Source: a virus
Taxonomy: Duplodnaviria; Caudoviricetes
Direction: 5' to 3' (one strand)
DNA: 62,901 nucleotides
Virus record (IMG/VR): IMGVR_UViG_3300025120_000044
Location: 1-62,901 of that record
Shown piece by piece: positions 51,654 through 60,626 of this stretch (position 1 is the first letter of the stretch; each line of letters starts with the position of its first letter). The translations under genes and the position numbers were made by a program. Under the pieces are notes generated by a model. The model was not told the DNA's origin, ran no database searches, and saw nothing but the letters and a program-made list of their open reading frames with translations.

Positions 51654-52430
51654 TTATAACCTCACAATATCATTAATATTTTTAGTCGGAACTACAAACC
51701 GCGAAAGGAAGGGTACTTCCGATTTTTCATTATCACCCGACCGCCTTGGTCCGAGCTCTATATCAAATAGTTTACCATTAACTTGTAGGAAGGCGTCAAT
51801 ATATTGTTTAACTGTGTATGATTTACCCGAGCCGATTGGTTCGATATCTTTTGTGCCTGGTTGCCCGACTGCAGCTGCAAGTGCAGCGCACAGATCATCG
51901 ACGTGCACATAATCTCTGACACATGTACCATCGTCCGTATCATAATCATTTCCGAAAATAGTAAAAGTTCCGCGAATCGAAGCTTCTATAGTTGCCTTAT
52001 ATAATCCTTCTGGGTTTGTGGGTTCTCGACCACCGACATTGAAAAACCTAAATATCGTGTAATCCGGACAAAGCTCCTGGACTATTTGTTCTGCCGCTAA
52101 TTTAGATAGCGCATAAGGAGACGTCGGATCGTACGCCGCACCTGTAGATGCTAAAAGAAATTTTGCGTTGGGAAATTTTTCTATTACGTTTTTTGTACCG
52201 ACCAGGTTTGTATAAAAATATGCTGTAGGTCGTTTGACGCTTTCGCCTACTTTTACTAATGCTGCTAAATGTACTACAACATCTACATCAGGATCTATGT
52301 CCGTGGCCGGACGTCGTATATCCCAATCTTCTATATCAAAAGGTAATACAGTTATGCCTTTTTTAGCAGAAAGTAATTTAACTACTTCGGTGCCTATATA
52401 GCCATTGGCTCCAGTGACTGCAACAATCAC
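51654..52430 (-). CDS. galE: NAD-dependent epimerase, UDP-glucose 4-epimerase (GalE)-like
   Basis: TGANGYIG, HLAAL..VGES, SPYALSK (YxxxK), FRFFNV.G, IFGNDYDT.DGTCVRDYVHV.DL, RR.GD. Confidence 0.8.
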   Translation of the reverse strand: MIVAVTGANGYIGTEVVKLLSAKKGITVLPFDIEDWDIRRPATDIDPDVDVVVHLAALVKVGESVKRPTAYFYTNLVGTKNVIEKFPNAKFLLASTGAAYDPTSPYALSKLAAEQIVQELCPDYTIFRFFNVGGREPTNPEGLYKATIEASIRGTFTIFGNDYDTDDGTCVRDYVHVDDLCAALAAAVGQPGTKDIEPIGSGKSYTVKQYIDAFLQVNGKLFDIELGPRRSGDNEKSEVPFLSRFVVPTKNINDIVRL

Positions 52431-52822
52431 TTCTTCCGTGGTGTTTTTTTCTTTTTCTTCATACTGTCTAATACGAGTTTCCTCGCTCTTTCAGTGTCAC
52501 CTCTTTTTGCGTTATTCCTGCCGGGCTCTATAGGATATTTTTTCTTAGGCCTTGGGTTGCTGCTTACCACCCCATATTTTTTTGCTATGGGGTTTGAGTT
52601 TTCTTGCTTTTTTCTTTTCTCATTCATCATCGGGTTTGAATTACCTATAGCATTATCTGCCTCTATTCGCCCTGCGGTTCCTGGCTTAGATTTGTTTTTA
52701 TGAAAACCTGAGCCCCTTGGCTCATTTCTTGTAGTCCTTGGGGTAGGGCCATAGTTTGCTTTTGCTTTATAAACTTTACGTTTCTTTTTAGTAACTTTCG
52801 CCTGTTGTGCGTATTTAGTCAT
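52427..52822 (-). CDS. Basic low-complexity protein
   Basis: 131 aa, K/R/N/P-rich; GGAG RBS. Confidence 0.55.
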   Translation of the reverse strand: MTKYAQQAKVTKKKRKVYKAKANYGPTPRTTRNEPRGSGFHKNKSKPGTAGRIEADNAIGNSNPMMNEKRKKQENSNPIAKKYGVVSSNPRPKKKYPIEPGRNNAKRGDTERARKLVLDSMKKKKKTPRKK

Positions 52823-53333
52823 TGGTTTCTCCTTTAGGTTCTAAGTACTGTGTATCTACTCCGGCTAGTCTTAATAGCTCGGAATCCGGCAGTCGTTCTA
52901 GTTGCTGGATTTTATCTACATTAATATTAACTTGCGTTGCTTGTTCAGGAGCGAATAACCCATGTAGTTTACATAGAGAGTCGACGACGTTTTTTTCTTC
53001 TGTGGCGGTGGCCGATTTTCGGTGGGCTTCTAAATACATAGTAGTGGCTGTGTTTCTATCGAACTTCACTTCTTCGCGCATCTCCTCGCGTAAGTATTCT
53101 ATGGCTTGGTTGATTTTTGGTTTTTTAAAAACCTCGTACACATGATCCATGTTGCGGTACCCTGCGGCACGACCAGCAGCTGCTTTGTTCAATCCTCTTA
53201 GGTGAAACAATACTAATCTTTCTTCCTGGACCGAAAGCTCGGATAGTTTTACTCCTGCATAAGGGAAATGAGATTGAAGTTCGACTCTATCTTCGTCTGT
53301 AACTTCCATTGGTTGGTCTGCGACTAAGCTCAT
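52815..53333 (-). CDS. terS: Putative terminase small subunit
   Basis: LS.QE..........N...A.RAAGY......LK.P.I..AI HTH pattern, L.KLHGLF, L.D.EL; first gene of the late arm. Confidence 0.7.
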   Translation of the reverse strand: MSLVADQPMEVTDEDRVELQSHFPYAGVKLSELSVQEERLVLFHLRGLNKAAAGRAAGYRNMDHVYEVFKKPKINQAIEYLREEMREEVKFDRNTATTMYLEAHRKSATATEEKNVVDSLCKLHGLFAPEQATQVNINVDKIQQLERLPDSELLRLAGVDTQYLEPKGETND

Positions 53334-53610
53334 GTTTGTAAATATACCTTATAACGTTTTATAAGGGAAATTTATAATAAAAATTTTTTTTGAAAAAGTA
53401 GTTTTATATCGCTCTCTCATTCCCCTCCCCTGCTGCCAGCGACCCACACCCTCCCCGAATCCGAATTTCAAACACTAATCCAGTTTCAATCAATTGGAAC
53501 CTTGTCTCGAATAATACATGGTCACGGACAACACAAGGTTGTCTTTCCAAATAGTCTTGTAAGGTAGGTAAAAGGTTTATCTACTATAACTAGCTATATA
53601 GGAGATTATC

Positions 53611-53919
53611 ATGGCTAATACAATAACTAAGTCTTTCGACACTAACACTGTCAAAGCAAACAAAGGCAGAGCTTTATCTGTCTCCAAGAACGGCAACCTA
53701 AACATGGACGCTAAAGTAGCGAACCCAGCTTACGCAGAGAAAGCGAAGAAGGGCACACCTGAGTCATACAAAATGACATCTATCAGGGACTGCTTCGACT
53801 TCTTCTTACTCAAAGAAGACGGTTCTGTGTCGTTCAAACTTAAACCACATGTAAACCTAGCCGGCGGCACAGCAGTCACGGCGTTCGGTAGAGAGTGGAC
53901 ACCACAGGACGAGGAGTAA
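53611..53919 (+). CDS. Hypothetical early protein
   Basis: AGGAG RBS; first gene of the + arm. Confidence 0.6.
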   Translation: MANTITKSFDTNTVKANKGRALSVSKNGNLNMDAKVANPAYAEKAKKGTPESYKMTSIRDCFDFFLLKEDGSVSFKLKPHVNLAGGTAVTAFGREWTPQDEE

Positions 53920-53921
53920 TC

Positions 53922-54203
53922 ATGAGAATATCATATACTCTAGGTCGTATAACTAAGGGCGTTGCAAAAGCAGCGCTTCCAGTTGGCAAATGGGCAACCC
54001 AACAAGCAGCCAACATAACATCGGAATTTGTGCGAGGTATGTCAGAACAACCTACTATCATCGCTACAGACGAGAGTTATAAGAACGCAGTGCGTGACAA
54101 CAGCATTGACAACGAAATAAAGCAGGAACTTCATCAAGAGCCTGTTCAACCAGAACTACCAGGAATGGACACTGAACCACAAACAGTTCAGAACCAATCA
54201 TGA
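53922..54203 (+). CDS. Hypothetical early protein
   Basis: GAGGAG RBS before MRISYTLG. Confidence 0.6.
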   Translation: MRISYTLGRITKGVAKAALPVGKWATQQAANITSEFVRGMSEQPTIIATDESYKNAVRDNSIDNEIKQELHQEPVQPELPGMDTEPQTVQNQS

Positions 54204-54246
54204 GTAGTCATTACCTACCAGAGTCCATATGGGCTCTGGTTGAACA

Positions 54247-54462
54247 TTGGAGAACATAATGAATATATCATTAGTACTTATTGATTACGCAGCAATCGCA
54301 GTAATCGTTTACATATCGCTGACTATCTTATCTAGAGCAGCCATCATTGGGCTATACGCCTACTTCATTAGAGAATGGTTCAAGTCTGAATCATCCTCAA
54401 CATCATCGGTCAAATCTGACCAATTCAATCCTAATTACGAACAAGAAGACTTTCCATTCTAA
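54247..54462 (+). CDS. Small membrane protein
   Basis: Hydrophobic N-terminal half, C-terminal EDFPF; GGAG RBS before ATG 54259. Confidence 0.55.
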   Translation: MENIMNISLVLIDYAAIAVIVYISLTILSRAAIIGLYAYFIREWFKSESSSTSSVKSDQFNPNYEQEDFPF

Positions 54463-54474
54463 ATTAGCCATCTA

Positions 54475-54502
54475 GGAGCCCTTCGGGGCTTCTTCTTTTT
54501 TT
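54475..54502 (+). terminator. Rho-independent terminator
   Basis: agccc-TTCG-gggct stem with a cUUCGg loop, followed by tcttcttttttt. Confidence 0.85.
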
Positions 54503-54626
54503 AACTTTTTCTCCGCCCGCTACGCGCCCGGAATCCACCCGTTATAGGAGCTACTATCATGCCTGCCTACTACTATCATCACGAGCGAATGCGAGTGTGC
54601 CTTGTGCATACAACATGCTTGACTTT

Positions 54627-54908
54627 GGTTCCTTGTGTTCCACGGACCTGCCCCGATGTGGAACCAGTTCATGGAACCACGACAATGCCTGCCGCTATGC
54701 ACAAAGGGGGGCGAGTACTTGCCAGCGGTTCCACGGTTCCGCCAAGTTCAGCTACTGTGTTATTAGAGTCGACCACCGGCCTAGAATATATAACTTATAA
54801 TGAATGTTATTTTTACGTGGAACCACGGAACCATATCCTATATCCCGCATTCTTATCGCCTCGGTTGCGTTCCACATGTAGTGGAACCAAGTGGAACCAA
54901 ACGGAACC
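54627..54908. repeat. GGAACC/GGTTCC iteron-like array (candidate origin)
   Basis: GGAACC at 54660, 54673, 54819, 54827, 54883, 54893, 54903; GGTTCC at 54627, 54727, 54735. Confidence 0.75.
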
Positions 54909-55083
54909 GGCCCAGCAGCCTGCAGCATATAAAATGCTGCTTCCATATAGTTTATTGTAGGTCACATGTGGCTTACAGCGACAGCACGCAGTCGTACTAA
55001 AGTGCGTGTCGGTGTCTCCGAAACGACCACGGCCAGATGACAAGCTGGCCACTTAATTAATCCATAACCACAAGGAGGTAACT

Positions 55084-55515
55084 ATGGGACTTGACGCATA
55101 TGCTGGCTTTCAAGAGCCAACACAAAAACGCAACGACAATGTTGTAGAACTAAATGACAACATCGGTGCACGACAAGAGCAGGAATTCTACTGGCGTAAA
55201 CACGCTAGGCTTCAACAGTACATGATGGAGTTGTACGACAAGAAGCACGACGGCCCGGCTCGGGGTGAACGACAGGGAATGATGGACTCATTCAATGGCG
55301 GAAAACTACTCGTGTTAGATCGAATTGACATCGAAGAACTACAGCTGTTGATACAAGATGATAACTTACCCTTCTGTCCAGATGGTTTCTTTTGGGGACA
55401 TCAGTTCCAAGAAGAATCAATGAAAGAGTACAAACAGCAAGACTTACAGTTCTGCGAGAAAGCTCTGACTTGGATAGACGAAGGTAAAACAGTTTGGTAC
55501 GACTGTTCATGGTAA
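55084..55515 (+). CDS. Conserved hypothetical phage protein
   Basis: MGLD.Y...YWRKH..L...M...FN...GFF.G...Y...W pattern; AAGGAGG RBS. Confidence 0.7.
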   Translation: MGLDAYAGFQEPTQKRNDNVVELNDNIGARQEQEFYWRKHARLQQYMMELYDKKHDGPARGERQGMMDSFNGGKLLVLDRIDIEELQLLIQDDNLPFCPDGFFWGHQFQEESMKEYKQQDLQFCEKALTWIDEGKTVWYDCSW

Positions 55516-55525
55516 AGGAGGAACT

Positions 55526-55678
55526 ATGATTAAAGACTATTTTAGATCGGTATTGATGGGTACGGGCGTTCTGTTCGTACTCTTCGGTATCGCAACGAGT
55601 ATTCAATACTCACTCATACTACTCGGTGTCGGGGTCGGCATCGGTTCAATATTGTATTTACTATGGAGGTTACTATGA
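55526..55678 (+). CDS. 50-aa two-TM membrane protein (not in ORF track)
   Basis: MIKDYFRSVLMGTGVLFVLFGIATSIQYSLILLGVGVGIGSILYLLWRLL*; AGGAGG RBS. Confidence 0.65.
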   Translation: MIKDYFRSVLMGTGVLFVLFGIATSIQYSLILLGVGVGIGSILYLLWRLL

Positions 55679-55827
55679 ATGCAAATATAGTTAGTGCGCT
55701 GACAACAGCGCTCTGGATATTAATAGAACTTATACAGTTCGGTTACATGGCTTATCTAGCCTGGAGGAATAAAGATGTTACTAGTAGGAATACTGTCGGC
55801 GCTGGGTCTGTTAATCCTAGCACTTAA
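55675..55827 (+). CDS. 50-aa membrane protein (not in ORF track)
   Basis: MNANIVSALTTALWILIELIQFGYMAYLAWRNK...; GGAGG RBS; ATGA overlap. Confidence 0.55.
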   Translation: MNANIVSALTTALWILIELIQFGYMAYLAWRNKDVTSRNTVGAGSVNPST

Positions 55828-56107
55828 AGCAGGCGGCAAGAAGGCTATCGGTCACGATATCTTTGTTGACGTTTTGATCACAGTCACATTGATGGTGTGC
55901 TTTTACGGCACATTCAGCGGTATGACTGCAGCAATGATGGGCGGTTTGTGTGCGTCTGTTGTCTTGTTCATTATGAAAAAGACGATGGTGCACGAGAAAC
56001 TGACTATCGAAAAGAGCGAACGGGTTGTAATGACTACACCTGTTCAAATTAAAATACCTACAGTCAAAACTAAGTGGAAGACTGTAGAACCAGAATGGAG
56101 GAGTTAA
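55775..56107 (+). CDS. Membrane protein
   Basis: Three hydrophobic segments; GGAGG RBS. Confidence 0.65.
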   Translation: MLLVGILSALGLLILALKAGGKKAIGHDIFVDVLITVTLMVCFYGTFSGMTAAMMGGLCASVVLFIMKKTMVHEKLTIEKSERVVMTTPVQIKIPTVKTKWKTVEPEWRS

Positions 56108-56111
56108 TATC

Positions 56112-57128
56112 ATGCAAACCATTAATCCACAATCACTTATAAGCGAATTGAAAGACGCCGTTAAAGCTGGCTATCCAGCTATGGTCTGGGGTGGCCCAGG
56201 TATCGGTAAGTCTGACATACCCGCGCAAGTAGCCGCCGAAATGAATATGAACATTATTGATTTTCGTGCAAACTTATTTGACCCAGTAGATGTCAGAGGT
56301 ATACCGTATCTAGCGCAAGCTAATGCAGAATCTACCAAGTACACGTCATGGGCTGTACCCGATGTGTTTCCTATCGCAGAACGCGACGGCGACAGAGGTA
56401 TCTTGTTTATCGACGAGTTACCAACCGCACCACCAGCAACGCAGAATGCGTTCTTGCAATTATTGCTAAACCGTAGATTGGGTGATTATGAGCTCCCAGT
56501 AGGCTGGGCAATACTATGTGCCGGTAATAGACTAACTGACGCAGCAGCTGTATATCAGATGCCATCGCCAGTTAGAAACAGACTAGCTCATTACGAACTA
56601 GAACCAACGTTGGACGACTGGGTTCAGTGGGCTCACCAAAATGATATCGACACAGATCTCATTTCGTTTATCCAATACAGACCTGGACTTCTGTCCAATT
56701 TTGATGCGGATGAGTACGCTTTCCCAACACCACGTGCATGGTCTATGGTCAGCAAAAAGCTCAAGCGAGCAAATACTGACCCAACTAGATTGTTCTACGG
56801 TGTAGCTTCGTTAGTTGGCGACGGTGCAGCCGGCGAGTTTGTAGCCTTTAGAGATATCGCAAGCAAACTGCCTGATATTGATGTGCTTATCAAAGACCCA
56901 TCAAAGTACAAGCGTGACGATAACCCAGCGTTATTGTATGCCCTGGCTAATGCAGTTGCAGCTAGAGCTGCTAATGACACGATGGACAACATCATGAAAC
57001 TAGCCGACAAGTTAGTCGTAGAGTATCAAGTTGTTCTAGTAAAGGGCTGTCTTGCAAGAGACAAAGAGCTCAGACAGCATCCAGCTATTCGTAACTGGAT
57101 CACTAAAAATGCTAACGTTATACTATAG
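56112..57128 (+). CDS. MoxR-like AAA+ ATPase
   Basis: WGGPGIGKS, D.VDVRGIP, LFIDEL, CAGNR, NRL.H, TPRAW. Confidence 0.88.
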   Translation: MQTINPQSLISELKDAVKAGYPAMVWGGPGIGKSDIPAQVAAEMNMNIIDFRANLFDPVDVRGIPYLAQANAESTKYTSWAVPDVFPIAERDGDRGILFIDELPTAPPATQNAFLQLLLNRRLGDYELPVGWAILCAGNRLTDAAAVYQMPSPVRNRLAHYELEPTLDDWVQWAHQNDIDTDLISFIQYRPGLLSNFDADEYAFPTPRAWSMVSKKLKRANTDPTRLFYGVASLVGDGAAGEFVAFRDIASKLPDIDVLIKDPSKYKRDDNPALLYALANAVAARAANDTMDNIMKLADKLVVEYQVVLVKGCLARDKELRQHPAIRNWITKNANVIL

Positions 57129-57136
57129 GAGGATTT

Positions 57137-57790
57137 ATGAAAACAGTTAGATTATCGAGTAATTTAAAATACGACATTCAAAGGGTAGCAGAGAACAAAT
57201 TCAACAAAGCTAACCCTAAGAAAGACTATCCCAGCGACGGTATGCAGTTGTTTATAGACGAAGGCTATCAACTAAAGATAGACAAGACTGTTAAACACTT
57301 CAAAGACGTATGGGGTTTCGAAATGTCCACAACAAAGGCAAGAGAGTTAGTTATATCTAGTACTCATTACCTTGTGGATGAAGACGGCGACGAAGAAGAA
57401 CGTGATAAATCTTATACTTTGACATTACCTGATATACCTGTACCCAACACTCTGTTGCGGTACGGTGATTCAATGCGTGTGGAAGTCAAACCCGACAACG
57501 CAACGTTTTTGGCTTGTATTGAGATTGAAATGTACAACTCTAAGATATCTGACAACTTATACAGTTACAGAAATAACATTAGACAAGTATTAGATCGTTT
57601 TACTACCCTTAACCAGCTGATTAAAGCTGCACCTTATATGAAGGATCTTGTACCGCAAGAAAGACTGCAAAAAATGCACGAAGTAGATGACCGCTCTGGT
57701 CGTCGTGCACAACAAGCAGAGCTAGCGGATAACGAGTTATCTGAATTACGAGAAGTGCTGCTTGAAGACGCATTACTTGGAGACGACTAA
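57137..57790 (+). CDS. Hypothetical protein, paralogue of 58907-59788
   Basis: Shares N-terminal M.(T/S)VR(L/M) and C-terminal TTL......P....LVP.E.LQ.M...EV.LE..LLGD. Confidence 0.65.
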   Translation: MKTVRLSSNLKYDIQRVAENKFNKANPKKDYPSDGMQLFIDEGYQLKIDKTVKHFKDVWGFEMSTTKARELVISSTHYLVDEDGDEEERDKSYTLTLPDIPVPNTLLRYGDSMRVEVKPDNATFLACIEIEMYNSKISDNLYSYRNNIRQVLDRFTTLNQLIKAAPYMKDLVPQERLQKMHEVDDRSGRRAQQAELADNELSELREVLLEDALLGDD

Positions 57791-58893
57791 TGAATCCATT
57801 ATTCGTAAAAGCTAGATCAAGACTAATCCTTGACAATCCATTCTTTGGCACACTGTGTCTTCGACTCAAAGCTGTTGAGTTCGAAGAAGAAACAGGTGCA
57901 ACGGATGGTGTCCATTTGTTTTACAACCCTAAGTGGTTCGAGAAACTTACGGACATGGAAAGGATTGGCTTCTTGGCCCACGAAGTTATGCACGTTGTAT
58001 TTCTACATATTACACGTAGAGACAATCGACATGCTACCAAATGGAACGTAGCTTGTGACTATGCAATTAATAATTACTTAGTCGCAGAAGGTTTTATTTT
58101 GCCAAAAGGCGGTCTTGTGGATGCGCAGTACAATGATATGACTGCGGAAGCTATCTACAGTATGTTACCCGAACCCGACAAAGGTTGGGATAATATATCA
58201 GTAGATTTTGGTAAATGCGGTGGAGTTATGGACCACCCTGGCACAGATGGCACAGCCGGTAAAACCGGCGCCATCGAGGCTGGCCTGACTGTAGCAATAC
58301 ATCAGGCTGCCGAAGCGGCCAAAGCCCAAGGTAAGCTATCTGGTAACTTAGAGTCTATAGTATCTGATGTTACCGATCCCAAAGTGGATTGGAAACAGGT
58401 ACTAGCTAGGTTCTTACGTGCTAACAACAAGTCTGACTTTACATGGGTCAGACCTAACAGACGATTTATCGGTAGAGGCTTGTATCTACCTTCTTTACAC
58501 AATCCTTGTCTAGAAGAGATTGTTATTGCAGTAGATACATCTGGCTCTGTTAGCGAAGAAGAGCTCACGCAATTCACAACAGAAACATCGTATATCTTAC
58601 ACGAGCTCGCCCCAGAGCGAGTGCAGTTCTTGCAATGCGATGCGGAAATTAACGAGGCAACGGAGTACACCCGCGAATCGTTACCACTAAAAGTATCTTA
58701 CAAAGGCAGAGGTGGCACTAGGTTCTCACCGGTGATTGACTACGTCAACGAGCACCATCCTAATGCAGCTGCACTAGTATACTTAACCGATCTAGGTTCT
58801 GACGATTTTGGCGACAAACCCCAATATCCAGTTCTATGGGTCACAACAGATATGACTTCTGCTCCTTACGGCGAAGTCATTAAAATACAATAA
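57790..58893 (+). CDS. Metallopeptidase-like (HExxH) plus VWA domain protein (DUF2201-like)
   Basis: PFFG.L, ATDG, LAHEVMH...H, WNVACDYAIN, VDTSGS (MIDAS), GRGGT.F, YLTD. Confidence 0.88.
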   Translation: MNPLFVKARSRLILDNPFFGTLCLRLKAVEFEEETGATDGVHLFYNPKWFEKLTDMERIGFLAHEVMHVVFLHITRRDNRHATKWNVACDYAINNYLVAEGFILPKGGLVDAQYNDMTAEAIYSMLPEPDKGWDNISVDFGKCGGVMDHPGTDGTAGKTGAIEAGLTVAIHQAAEAAKAQGKLSGNLESIVSDVTDPKVDWKQVLARFLRANNKSDFTWVRPNRRFIGRGLYLPSLHNPCLEEIVIAVDTSGSVSEEELTQFTTETSYILHELAPERVQFLQCDAEINEATEYTRESLPLKVSYKGRGGTRFSPVIDYVNEHHPNAAALVYLTDLGSDDFGDKPQYPVLWVTTDMTSAPYGEVIKIQ

Positions 58894-58906
58894 CACGGAG
58901 GTTATT

Positions 58907-59788
58907 ATGGCATCAGTAAGAATGACTAAAGAGCTAAAAGCTCAACTAACGGACGCGTACCGTAAGCAGTGTCAAACTGCTTACAACACGCAGTTCAACG
59001 TAGAAGATACAGTAAATGAAATTGTAGAGTCTATTCAAGACTCAGACGCAATGGATTTTGCTATGTTGGTAGAAACAGCTGAAAACTTTGAAAAGCTCAT
59101 GAGAGCCCACTCTAATAAGTATCAGCATTTACAGAACAACTCTGGCTATAGGCACATAGATGGTTCTATTAACAATATGCAACAAGGCTATAACGAGAAG
59201 GTAGAAGAATGTAATCCTATCAAAAAGACTACTAAACTATATCTTGTTTGTAACAAAGGTCGAATGCTTTCAGACAACCTAAAACCAATACAAGATTGGC
59301 ATGCTACTTACACTGACAAGTGGGACAGCAGCCAAAAGAATGAGTCAGAGACTTATGTAGAAGGTGATGTCTTATTTATTCATGACTTTGGTGAAAACCC
59401 GGTGTATTTACCTTATTACACAAGCGGCGAAGAACAGAATTATCATTCAAAAGAAGATTATTCACCTTCGGCATCTTTGGCTGTTCTGATATCAGATCCA
59501 GCTATGTGTGATAAACTAGAATCTATACCTATGGCAAAGCAGAAAGTAAGCGACATGGTTAAAAAGTTTGAAGACTTTGTAGAACCACAAACAACTCTTA
59601 AAAAATTCTTAGAAGAATTTCCTGGCGGTAAATCATTAGTACCAAGCGAGAAGCTACAAGCTATGGCTGCACCTGCTAAGAAAAAAGAGGTAACAGCTAA
59701 AGTAACTGCTGATGACTTATTGACACCCGAGTTAAAACAAGAGTTTAATGAGGTTATGCTAGAATCTACACTATTGGGGGATAACTAA
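58907..59788 (+). CDS. Hypothetical protein, paralogue of 57137-57790
   Basis: See the paralogue entry; GGAGG RBS. Confidence 0.65.
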   Translation: MASVRMTKELKAQLTDAYRKQCQTAYNTQFNVEDTVNEIVESIQDSDAMDFAMLVETAENFEKLMRAHSNKYQHLQNNSGYRHIDGSINNMQQGYNEKVEECNPIKKTTKLYLVCNKGRMLSDNLKPIQDWHATYTDKWDSSQKNESETYVEGDVLFIHDFGENPVYLPYYTSGEEQNYHSKEDYSPSASLAVLISDPAMCDKLESIPMAKQKVSDMVKKFEDFVEPQTTLKKFLEEFPGGKSLVPSEKLQAMAAPAKKKEVTAKVTADDLLTPELKQEFNEVMLESTLLGDN

Positions 59789-59970
59789 TGCAAGCAGAAC
59801 AAACAATATGGCAATACAATTCAGAATATTCATATGAAGCTAATATGAATAGTTGGAGAGACGCGGCTAATTTCGAGCGTAAGCAATACCAAGAGGCGTT
59901 GCTTACCGAAGAACAAGCCGAAATGAAATTCCAAGAATATTATCCAAGGAGTGATTATGAGTGCAATTAA
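59788..59970 (+). CDS. Hypothetical protein
   Basis: TAATG overlap with the upstream gene. Confidence 0.5.
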   Translation: MQAEQTIWQYNSEYSYEANMNSWRDAANFERKQYQEALLTEEQAEMKFQEYYPRSDYECN

Positions 59971-60148
59971 GAATTATATGTTTGACGTTGGTGAATATGC
60001 TGCAACAAACGGCATAAAAGCTGCTATGAGCAAATTCATAGAAACAGAAGACAACGTTAAGTCATGTATTATATTTTCTTTTGCTTTTGACGGCAATTGG
60101 GAACAGTTTATTGCTGAAGGTAATTGGGAGCCGCCAGCAGTTCACTAA
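59957..60148 (+). CDS. Hypothetical protein
   Basis: AAGGAG RBS before MSAIKNY. Confidence 0.55.
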   Translation: MSAIKNYMFDVGEYAATNGIKAAMSKFIETEDNVKSCIIFSFAFDGNWEQFIAEGNWEPPAVH

Positions 60149-60170
60149 CATGCCAAGGAGTGGCATTAGT

Positions 60171-60204
60171 ATAGCCCAAGTTTCGGTGTCCCGTCTTGGG
60201 CTAT
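60171..60204. terminator. Hairpin between convergent genes
   Basis: atagcccaag...cttgggctat perfect 10-bp inverted repeat. Confidence 0.6.
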
Positions 60205-60215
60205 GCGCTTTTAGT

Positions 60216-60626
60216 TTACGATACGTAAACCCAAATTTCTAGCGTACCAGATACAACATCGCCTGCTGGAGCTACTTCACAGATGATATCAATTGTATCG
60301 TCTGCAGCGTAGTTCACAGGAGCTATGTCAGCGTCTTTTTGATCGCCACCACCAGCTTGTCCACATGTAGATGCAGCAATGTACTTATCAGTATCACTAC
60401 CATCTCCAACACCCCAGACAAGGCCTGTGCCAGTATCAAGATCACTAGAAACGATTTTTACATCATGTACTGTTTCACCAGCAAAAACGTCTACCATTTT
60501 AAAGACGTCAGCTGCGTTTGGTGCTGCAGTTAATGTAATTTTAGAATATCTAACACCTAAAGCTCCGCTTGGGAAAGGCTTAAATGATTGATTTCCAGCT
60601 ACCATGTCACTTGTAAAAGTTGCCAT
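60216..60626 (-). CDS. Capsid decoration/cement-like beta-sandwich protein in inverted orientation
   Basis: DVFKM.......V.DV.....DLD.GT.L...VGD..D.DKYIAA...AADDTIDI...G.L...VY pattern seen in proteins usually encoded beside capsid genes; GGAG RBS. Confidence 0.55.
   Translation of the reverse strand: MATFTSDMVAGNQSFKPFPSGALGVRYSKITLTAAPNAADVFKMVDVFAGETVHDVKIVSSDLDTGTGLVWGVGDGSDTDKYIAASTCGQAGGGDQKDADIAPVNYAADDTIDIICEVAPAGDVVSGTLEIWVYVS

Noticed and set aside
54991-55027. Hammerhead ribozyme (GTCGTA...GAAACGAC resembles stem III)
   Set aside because: The required CUGAnGA core is absent between the two segments.
54520-55052. Overlapping ORFs on both strands, including 54559-54960
   Set aside because: They have atypical composition and coincide with the GGAACC array. 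An AGGAG does precede 54559, so translation is not fully excluded.
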